Of a stretch of 64,000 nt of DNA, positions 30,837 through 38,714 are shown piece after piece. The stretch is from an uncultured Candidatus Poseidoniales archaeon (lineage in GTDB: Archaea > Thermoplasmatota > Poseidoniia > Poseidoniales > Thalassarchaeaceae), in contig CACGHY010000001.1 in NCBI GenBank assembly GCA_902573085.1, forward strand, positions 46,726 to 110,725. Direction: 5' to 3'. A model generated the notes under the pieces. The model did no database searches. It saw only the letters and a program-made list of their open reading frames with translations, and was not told the DNA's origin. The translations under genes and the position numbers were made by a program. The stretch's first letter is position 1. Each line of letters opens with the position of its first letter.

Positions 30837-33068
30837 CTATTTTTTGCTTCTACGCTTGGAATTTATTGTTTTCTTAAGATTTCCAATCAAAATGCTTGCA
30901 TCAGATTTGGTGATAGTTTCTATCGATTCCGTTCTAACGGCTTCAAGGGCTTGCTCAATTGGCATCTCTAGTTTCTCAATCATAGAAATTATTGCAGATA
31001 CCTGTCTTTCCGTTGCAGGGCTATTCCTGTCCAGGTTCAGAAGTTTATCGATCAGTTCACTGGCACTACCATCCTTTCCACCAGTGAGATCTGAAACATC
31101 TGTTAACCCCATTTCTCTTAGAATATCGTCTAATTCCAGCCCCAGTCTATCTGCGACTCTAATGATTAGTGCAATCTGTTTTTCACTTGGTGCGATGTTC
31201 GTCTTGCTTTCTTCGCTGATTTCATCAAGAATTTTTTTCACATCTTCACCAGAAAGTTCGGCGAGTGCCCTATCCTGCAATATCCCAGAAGCCTCATCTT
31301 TGGACATATTAGCCAATATTCTTTGAAGATATTCTATCTGTTTGACGGTGGGCTTTTCCTTTCTTTTTTCCAATGCAAGTAAGTGAATTTTACGAAATAG
31401 CTGTTCAAACTCGGTCCATTTAGAGTGTGCTTCTGATAAGCCATCCTCAATAGAATCCAAGTCTGCCTCCATAATTGCAGTAAATTCTGCGGAAAATAAC
31501 TTCCCTACTGGTTGATTATAATGTGGAGCAACCTCCAACCACAAGGTTTTGCCGTTTTGTGTCGGTACTAACGAGCTACCTTGTTTTTCGATATACTTTT
31601 TTTGCTCGAGATTTTTAACCATTGATACATATGTGGAGGGTCGCCCTATCTCACTTCTCTTCATTTCTTGTATGATTGAGCTTTCGGTGTATCTTCTTGG
31701 TGGCTTTGTGTAATCTATCGTCATTTCAGCCTTGGAGTCAATAATCCATGATTCCCCGATTGTAAATCCAACTTCTGGCGGTTTTGATTGGACTTTACCG
31801 ATAGACCATGAAAATACATTTTCCCACCCGTCATGTGTTCTCCATGATGCAGTACCAGTTATCGGCACTTTTACGCCATCACATGAAAACTTCAGATTTC
31901 TTCTTTCTCTAACCGAATCGGACATCTGGCTAGCTGCAAATCTTGACCATATTAGCTGATATAGCTTCTTCTCATCTACATCCTTTCCTGCGCTCTCAAT
32001 TGTTGGCTCACTTGGCCTAATTGCTTCGTGAGCATCCTGAACGTTGCTCTTTTTCTTCCCCGACTCGCCTATCCCCAAGCCCAGATATTCTTTTCCTAGT
32101 TTACCAGAGATATGGCTCCTGATACTCTCTCTGGCTTTTTTGTTGGTTCTAGTAGAATCGGTGCGAATATAGGTTATATGTCCACTATTGTACAGAGATG
32201 AAGCTACTCCACTGGTCTTTGATATCGACCACCCTAGAATAGAATTTGCAGTTTGTAGCATGGTATCAGTTGTGAAAGGTGGTTTTGGCTTTCGCTTAAT
32301 CGTGCCCTCTTTGGCTTCAATTAGTAATAATTTATTTGCGGAGTTTATCGCTCCAACTGTTTTTTCTGCGAACTTAGTATCTGAGGTTCTATTTGGGTAG
32401 TGTTTACCATCATCATCGAACCAAGCATCTTGATCGTCAGATTCGTGAAATCTAACTTTCATTTCAATTCCATTAGATGGGACTGAGACTGAATGATACT
32501 CTTTTGGTACGTGGTTGTCTCTTTCCACCTCTTTTTCCACAATAAAACCCAGCGTTGGAGTCTGCACCCTTCCCATTGACTTCAATTTCCACGATTTACA
32601 GAATTTTGAGCATCTCCAACCAACCAATCTGTCGATCAGCCTCCTAACTATTGCAGCATTGACTAGATCCATGTCTATATTTCGTGGTTCCGAAATTGCG
32701 GACATTACTGCGTCTTTCGTGATCTCGTTAAATGAGATCCTCTGAATCGAATCGAAATCAGAAAGGATTTCTTTTAGTCTCCATGCAATGAATTCCCCCT
32801 CTCTATCGGGATCGGTCGCGATAAATATCTCGTTCACAGATGATTTGGATGCTTTATTCATCATCGAAAGAAGCTTTCTCTCTGCCTTTTCATCCGTCCA
32901 ACTCCATGGAGGATTTGGCAATTCTCCATCCTTGTACGCCCACATTGCTTTATTGTTAACTGGTAAATCCTGAACGTGACCATTGCAAGCATCCACAATC
33001 CATCCTTTTCCGAGGTATTTTTTGATAGTCTTCGCTTTGGCTCCCGATTCAAGGATTACAAGCTTCAT
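30837..33068 (-). CDS. topA: DNA topoisomerase IA
   Basis: ATG 33068 (MKLVILES..KAKTI), ATDPDREGE, SMGRVQ, ITYIRTDS (catalytic Tyr), QDAHEAIRP, IGRPSTY. Confidence 0.95.
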   Translation of the reverse strand: MKLVILESGAKAKTIKKYLGKGWIVDACNGHVQDLPVNNKAMWAYKDGELPNPPWSWTDEKAERKLLSMMNKASKSSVNEIFIATDPDREGEFIAWRLKEILSDFDSIQRISFNEITKDAVMSAISEPRNIDMDLVNAAIVRRLIDRLVGWRCSKFCKSWKLKSMGRVQTPTLGFIVEKEVERDNHVPKEYHSVSVPSNGIEMKVRFHESDDQDAWFDDDGKHYPNRTSDTKFAEKTVGAINSANKLLLIEAKEGTIKRKPKPPFTTDTMLQTANSILGWSISKTSGVASSLYNSGHITYIRTDSTRTNKKARESIRSHISGKLGKEYLGLGIGESGKKKSNVQDAHEAIRPSEPTIESAGKDVDEKKLYQLIWSRFAASQMSDSVRERRNLKFSCDGVKVPITGTASWRTHDGWENVFSWSIGKVQSKPPEVGFTIGESWIIDSKAEMTIDYTKPPRRYTESSIIQEMKRSEIGRPSTYVSMVKNLEQKKYIEKQGSSLVPTQNGKTLWLEVAPHYNQPVGKLFSAEFTAIMEADLDSIEDGLSEAHSKWTEFEQLFRKIHLLALEKRKEKPTVKQIEYLQRILANMSKDEASGILQDRALAELSGEDVKKILDEISEESKTNIAPSEKQIALIIRVADRLGLELDDILREMGLTDVSDLTGGKDGSASELIDKLLNLDRNSPATERQVSAIISMIEKLEMPIEQALEAVRTESIETITKSDASILIGNLKKTINSKRRSKK

Positions 33069-33136
33069 GCTATTCCCCTGGATTTGTATTGCCGTATCAA
33101 GTCCTGTATAAACTAGGTGGAGCGGTAGATCCTCCA

Positions 33137-33163
33137 ACGCACGCACACGCGCGAGCGAGCGCG
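33137..33163. other. Alternating purine-pyrimidine / CG-rich tract in the topA-pyrD divergent intergenic region
   Basis: ACGCACGCACACGCGCG (33137-33153) followed by AGCGAGCGCG. Confidence 0.6.
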
Positions 33164-33245
33164 AACCCGAACGGTGTTAGACAAAGTCAATACTGTCTAG
33201 ATTTGAAACATAACGATTGAAGAATGAGTGCGCATACCGTAGATA

Positions 33246-34349
33246 ATGGGAATAGCCTGGAGTGTTTTGGGGAACCCTGCACTCAGGTTGATTGACTCGG
33301 AGGCTGCTCATTCAATTTCTATGAGGGTGATGAAAGGTATTGGTGAAACCAGTGCCGGCCAGAATATTCTGAAAGCCCTCTACGGGCCACCTGAGGTGCC
33401 AATAGAAGTCTTTGGAAGAATGTTTCATCATCCTCTAGGTTTAGCAGCCGGATTCGACAAAGGTGCAGAGGCACTAATGGCATGGTCTGCCATGGGGTTC
33501 TCTTGGACAGAATATGGGGGCATTACAAGATATCCGCAAGATGGGAATCCAAAGCCTCGAATGTTTCGTGCCAATAAACATAGAGCATTGGTGAATAAGA
33601 TGGGTTTCAATAATCCAGGAGCTTCTGAAATTCGTAAGAGGTTGATTAGTCGTAAATCTGAAGATAAATGGCCAAAAACACCAATTGCTGCTAACATTGG
33701 TAAGTCAAAAAAGGTTCCAAATGACCATGCAGCAGATGATTATGCCTCCACTTTAGACATACTATGGGATCACGCTGATATGTTTGTACTGAATATCTCT
33801 TCGCCCAATACCCCCGGACTTAGAGATCTTCAGAATAAAGAGTACCTTACATCAATTTTAAGATCATGTAACAAGATAAGGGAGCTCAAAGGGGAACAAA
33901 AGCCCATTTTGTTGAAACTTTCACCAGATAATTCTGATGATGAGATATTGGATGCTGTTTCTCTGTGTAAAAAATCAGGTGTCGACGGGATAGTTGCAAC
34001 AAATACTACCATAAAGAGGCCGGCACCATTATCCACTCAGTCAAGAAAAGCATTCTCAAACGATGGGGGGTTGTCTGGAAGACCTTTGAATTCTCGTTCC
34101 CTAGAAATAATAAATTTGGTATACGGAGAAACTCAGGGCAAAATTCCCATTGTGGGAGTGGGCGGCATCGAGTCTAAAGAAACTGCATGGGAGGCCATTA
34201 TTTCTGGATCATCACTGATTCAACTTTATTCAGCTCTGGTATTCAATGGGCCCACAGTGGTATCAAGTATAGTCAAAGGAATCAAGAACAGAGTTAGCGA
34301 ATCTGGGTTTTCTTCTCTATCTGAAGCTGTAGGATACAAACACATTTAG
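33246..34349 (+). CDS. pyrD: Quinone-dependent dihydroorotate dehydrogenase (class 2)
   Basis: E.AH, GLAAGFDK, GNPKPRMFR, NKMGFNN, NISSPNTPGLR, LKLSPD, TNTT, GGLSG. Confidence 0.96.
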   Translation: MGIAWSVLGNPALRLIDSEAAHSISMRVMKGIGETSAGQNILKALYGPPEVPIEVFGRMFHHPLGLAAGFDKGAEALMAWSAMGFSWTEYGGITRYPQDGNPKPRMFRANKHRALVNKMGFNNPGASEIRKRLISRKSEDKWPKTPIAANIGKSKKVPNDHAADDYASTLDILWDHADMFVLNISSPNTPGLRDLQNKEYLTSILRSCNKIRELKGEQKPILLKLSPDNSDDEILDAVSLCKKSGVDGIVATNTTIKRPAPLSTQSRKAFSNDGGLSGRPLNSRSLEIINLVYGETQGKIPIVGVGGIESKETAWEAIISGSSLIQLYSALVFNGPTVVSSIVKGIKNRVSESGFSSLSEAVGYKHI

Positions 34350-34371
34350 ACACTAGCGGTTAGAATATAAT

Positions 34372-34767
34372 GTGCAACTTACTAGGCTGTCCCGACTTGT
34401 GATCGTTTTCGGGACATCAATAGCAATATTTGGACTAATGATGGTGACTGTGGACCCCCAAGTCCAATACACTGTAGACGAGATTATGAGTGAACCAGAG
34501 AGATTCGATGGAGAGAATATATTTGTTCGCGGCATAGTATTGCCCGGGACAATGAATTATGATGAATTCGTGTTTACTCTTCAAGGAAGTACAGAGAAGT
34601 TAATCGTCAATTTCAAGGAATCTCCAATTCCAGATGGCTTTGACGAGGGCAGAACTATTGCTGTTAGAGGGATTCTTCAGACAGACAATTCGTCAGATGG
34701 AACAATGATGTGGATAATCAATTCATATGAGATTCAAACAGGCTGTCCATCAAAGTATGAAGCATGA
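34372..34767 (+). CDS. ccmE: Cytochrome c maturation chaperone CcmE (CxxxY variant)
   Basis: N-terminal TM; Y.V.E, VRG.V..G, PD.F.EG...G; C-terminal CPSKY. Confidence 0.85.
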   Translation: MQLTRLSRLVIVFGTSIAIFGLMMVTVDPQVQYTVDEIMSEPERFDGENIFVRGIVLPGTMNYDEFVFTLQGSTEKLIVNFKESPIPDGFDEGRTIAVRGILQTDNSSDGTMMWIINSYEIQTGCPSKYEA

Positions 34768-34809
34768 TATACCGGGCATATTGATACGTATCGTCATAGC
34801 GCGATAATT

Positions 34810-35115
34810 GGGCTAGAGGGGGAGTTGACGTGCTCTGTTTTTCACAAATCGTTGATAATGGTGACTCGAAGTCCGAGGGCGGCGCAAACGAGCCTTTGGG
34901 ATTACACCAACTGACTGCGATGTCTCGCCCCCAAGAGATCCAGGTTGGCGGTAGCAGAATCCGGAGGGATTCTGTAAGCGTCTCACGCCCGGGAACCAGG
35001 TCAGGCGCGGAAGCGAGCAGCCCGACCGGGGATGCTGGATGCCTTGGGACTTCGGGACGGAGAAAGCTGGTGTTGCATTCTCACTGATGACGAGCGTCCA
35101 CCGAGGACACGCCCA
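34810..35115 (+). ncRNA. ffs: Archaeal SRP (7S) RNA
   Basis: Helix-8 motif CAGGTCAGGCGC-GGAA-GCGAGCAGCC (~34997-35022); terminal GGGC/GCCC pairing; ~305-nt GC-rich gap; upstream TTGATA. Ends are approximate. Confidence 0.9.
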
Positions 35116-35589
35116 CTACTCGGGTATTCCGGGGAGGCCGCCCATTCTACATATAATTTCGAAATGGGCCTTCTTTACAGGTTGAACTGAAAGCCTTTGG
35201 CCTTTTTTCAACAAGGGCATCCCCTCAAGATCACCATTAGATCTAAGTTCGGGAAGATCAACTGAAGTAATTGCTGATACGGGTTCAATATCAACCATAA
35301 CCCATCTGGGATTATCTGCAGAAGCCTTTGAATCGTAGTATTTAGAACCCGGATCTTGAGCTGTATGATCTGGGTACGATTCCCTACAAACTTTAGCTAT
35401 CCCTGCAACGTGCGGTGGTTTGCAATTTGAGTGATAGAAAAGTACCATGTCACCTACAAGCATATTGTCACGCATGATGTTCCTAGCTTGATAGTTCCTT
35501 ACTCCGTCCCAGTGTGTAGATCCATCTGAAACCAGTTGTGTCCAAGGATAGACATGGGGTTCGCTCTTCATCAGCCAGTAGTTTACCAT
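35116..35589 (-). CDS. EVE domain protein
   Basis: YWLMKSEP, WDGVRNYQARN, FYHSN, RLSVQPV. Confidence 0.93.
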   Translation of the reverse strand: MVNYWLMKSEPHVYPWTQLVSDGSTHWDGVRNYQARNIMRDNMLVGDMVLFYHSNCKPPHVAGIAKVCRESYPDHTAQDPGSKYYDSKASADNPRWVMVDIEPVSAITSVDLPELRSNGDLEGMPLLKKGQRLSVQPVKKAHFEIICRMGGLPGIPE

Positions 35590-35624
35590 GTGGTCCCTAG
35601 TCATAACATAGAAATAAATTTGAT

Positions 35625-38597
35625 TCACCATGCATCGTCTATTTGACCGTAGGATATTCTAGATTCCAAGACATCTATGTTGGTGGTTTGGGAATTTGTA
35701 TTCAATCCAGCTGTCTTCACCATCGCCGTCATACCTCCCGTAAGACCCAAATTAGAAGTTACCATAAAGGAGTAAATTGCTGGTAATAATAGAAGAGCAG
35801 ATAGAGCAGCCACGATAAGTAAGACAATAATCACTGTAACGAAGGGGCCTATTGCGGGTATTTCTATTCCAAAGGCACATGTCATACCCATGGCTGTCAC
35901 TGTTGTAGCCTCGAATAGGCTCATACCTGTACTTGAGCATGCAGTTCTAATCCCATCTATTGTTCCGCCCATCTCTTTGACCCTGTTTGCAATATGTATT
36001 GAGAAATCTATCCCCACACCGACAAGAATCGATCCGATCATTACTGTTACCAGGGATAGAGAGAGACCCCACGCATCCATTACTAACCACTGCATAGCTA
36101 CGGTAAATCCTACTGGTATTGTGGTGAGGAAAGCGTATCTAATATCTCTGAAAACTAGAGCAAGTGTGAGTATCGTGAATCCTAGTGCGAATGCAAGTGA
36201 CGTCCATTGGGAGTCGACTATCAAATTATTGACTTCAATTGTGATTGACGCAACGCCGATTAGTGAGTCACCCACTACATTGATCGGGTTTTCAGAATCC
36301 CCGGCAGCTTTTGCCCAATTATTGATCTGCTCTGTAGTAATTGCAGTACTCTTGACATCCATGAATGGCATATCTATGTATATCAGTGAACGTTGATAAT
36401 CTGGAGAGATGAAGAGTTCCCTCATTTCTTCTGTCATACTATTGTAGAAGACGTATAGTAGGAAATTCTGAGCCTGCCTACCACCATCGTCCTCCTGTGC
36501 TTCAAGTGTATCCAAAATGGTCCAAAATGAGACATTTCCTGATTGGTCTCTGTCGAAAATTAGTTCTGCAATCTCCTTTATTGGCTCTGGAAGAGGTGTT
36601 TCATCTATGAAATCATAAATTGGTGTACCGGATACATTTACCCCTACAGCTATCGCCTTCATGAGGAAGACTATCGAGACAGCAGTAGCATTCTCTACAT
36701 CATTACATCTAGACTCAAGATTCTCTATACCCTCAAGATTGGCGTATGGATGTTCTGCGGTGATCGATCCAAGTCCAATCTCTGGTTCAGCTTTTATGTT
36801 TGCATCGACAAGTAAAAACCCTGGTTGGCCCGCTTCAAACTCATCCGAGTATACGCCCATTTTCTGCACTGCTTCTACTTCACTAGGTGCCATTTCTAGA
36901 AGGTCGATGTTTTCCTCCACGTTTTGCCTGTTGTAACCAGCAGAAATGACCATCAATGCAATAAACAGGGCAAGTGTGACTCTAGACCACTTGACTGGCA
37001 TATTGACTGCAGCAACGAATACCTTTGGAGGGGGGTGAGAAGGTTTTTTCAGATCTAGAAGTATTGTAAGATTGGGGACCATTATCATAGTGAGAATGTA
37101 CACTACAACAATACCCGCGGCCAAGGCCCAACCTACTGTCTGGATGGGCTTCATCGGAGCAAATGTTAGAGAGATGAATCCAATTATAGTCGTCATAGCA
37201 GAGAGGAATACCGCCCGGCCTGTAGATTGGAGTGCTGCAGACATCTTCTCTTGGGGAGTTCCCTTAGATTCTGCATATCTATTCGTAATATGCAGTCCGT
37301 AGGAAACTCCCAGTGAGAGTACGATCGGACCTACTAATATCACCGTCATTGTTACCTCATAATCAGTCAGACCGATTAGCCCCAAAGTAACCCATACCGC
37401 GCAAAGTGTGGGCAATCCAGATATTATGACGACTTTAATGCCTTGAACAAATCGAATCCTACCCGTCTGAAGTAAGTCGCAATGGAATAGGAAAAGCATC
37501 GCTGCTACTATTACAACACCTACAGGGAACACTTGCCAGAATAGTTTGAATGACTCTTCAGTAACTGCGTTAGTTAGTGGTGCAGGGCCGGTTAGAGTCA
37601 TTCTGAGGCATAATGACCCATGGTTAGTTCCGCATCCTTCCGAATCAGGAGAGCCCCAGTTATTATCCAATGCAATTTGATCGATAGTGCCTTGGGTTTC
37701 TGAGACAATATCCCCAATCGTCTTGTTTCCTGTGTCATCAGATATTCCTATGATAATTACTGCACGACTCCATCCGTAATTGGTCTTGATTTCATTACCT
37801 GAGCCTATATTCCTCACCAATTTATCAAGAGCATTCTGAGGCATCTCCTGAAGAATTTGATCAACCCTTTGCTGTTCATCTGGTATTGCGTAATTGCCGA
37901 TTAGATCGCTTTGCGAGTCTATTGTCTCATTTATTTCATCCGAGAGTTGCTGGTTACCAGTTGCCTCAGCAAGGCCTGAAAAGAAGGCCTTTACTACGCG
38001 TCCCCCACTAGAGTTTACTTCCTTAACTACGGTTGAAATAGAAAGAACATAATTAACGTCATCTTCTTGACCTTTGTCGTTCCTGACATAATTGATGGCT
38101 CTCTCTACTTTGTCAATCTGCTCCAAGATGTTAATTTGGCCATTTGACCCACACTCTACACAGGTGACATTGTAATCGTAAGACTCGACGTAAATAACCA
38201 TCACATTGGTAGTCCAATCACTCTCAACCTGAGCAATCAAGTTCTTTACGCTAAGTGGGTCATTATCCGTTGGAAGGTAAACCTCCAAATCCCCATTTAC
38301 ATTCAATGCGGGCTCTTCTTTGCAGTAGCTGGGGTTATCGAAACCTTCCCTACAGTCTAATACGCCTGAGTGAGGTAGAAGTGATACAGTGAATACCAGT
38401 GAAACAAGAACCGCCATCACCGGAAACATGGTTAGAAAACTAGACCCTTCATGATTCCTTATCTTCCTGCGTATTAGGTTGGGTAGTCGTGATAAAGATG
38501 GGATTAGTTTGAAATCGTTCGGAACTAAGTCCAAAAACCTCTTTTTGGCGGTTTCAAAATAACGGGAAACCCGCCCCCCAGAATCTTCCCTAGCCAT
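35625..38597 (-). CDS. RND superfamily / MMPL family transporter
   Basis: Two repeats with GVSYGLHI and GIDFSIHI, TG.AV..SA.TT..GF; about 12 TM; 990 aa. Confidence 0.9.
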   Translation of the reverse strand: MAREDSGGRVSRYFETAKKRFLDLVPNDFKLIPSLSRLPNLIRRKIRNHEGSSFLTMFPVMAVLVSLVFTVSLLPHSGVLDCREGFDNPSYCKEEPALNVNGDLEVYLPTDNDPLSVKNLIAQVESDWTTNVMVIYVESYDYNVTCVECGSNGQINILEQIDKVERAINYVRNDKGQEDDVNYVLSISTVVKEVNSSGGRVVKAFFSGLAEATGNQQLSDEINETIDSQSDLIGNYAIPDEQQRVDQILQEMPQNALDKLVRNIGSGNEIKTNYGWSRAVIIIGISDDTGNKTIGDIVSETQGTIDQIALDNNWGSPDSEGCGTNHGSLCLRMTLTGPAPLTNAVTEESFKLFWQVFPVGVVIVAAMLFLFHCDLLQTGRIRFVQGIKVVIISGLPTLCAVWVTLGLIGLTDYEVTMTVILVGPIVLSLGVSYGLHITNRYAESKGTPQEKMSAALQSTGRAVFLSAMTTIIGFISLTFAPMKPIQTVGWALAAGIVVVYILTMIMVPNLTILLDLKKPSHPPPKVFVAAVNMPVKWSRVTLALFIALMVISAGYNRQNVEENIDLLEMAPSEVEAVQKMGVYSDEFEAGQPGFLLVDANIKAEPEIGLGSITAEHPYANLEGIENLESRCNDVENATAVSIVFLMKAIAVGVNVSGTPIYDFIDETPLPEPIKEIAELIFDRDQSGNVSFWTILDTLEAQEDDGGRQAQNFLLYVFYNSMTEEMRELFISPDYQRSLIYIDMPFMDVKSTAITTEQINNWAKAAGDSENPINVVGDSLIGVASITIEVNNLIVDSQWTSLAFALGFTILTLALVFRDIRYAFLTTIPVGFTVAMQWLVMDAWGLSLSLVTVMIGSILVGVGIDFSIHIANRVKEMGGTIDGIRTACSSTGMSLFEATTVTAMGMTCAFGIEIPAIGPFVTVIIVLLIVAALSALLLLPAIYSFMVTSNLGLTGGMTAMVKTAGLNTNSQTTNIDVLESRISYGQIDDAW

Positions 38598-38714
38598 GTC
38601 CCTCCCGTCCCGACGTGAAACGGCATACCTTCAACCCCTCGGCATAGATGATGGTCTGAATTACATTTTACAACAGTACGGCAATGGTCAATAACACGAC
38701 TCTCTGCCAAATAT

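Noticed and set aside
34830-35087. 85-aa ORF
   Set aside because: Lies within the SRP RNA gene; no protein features.
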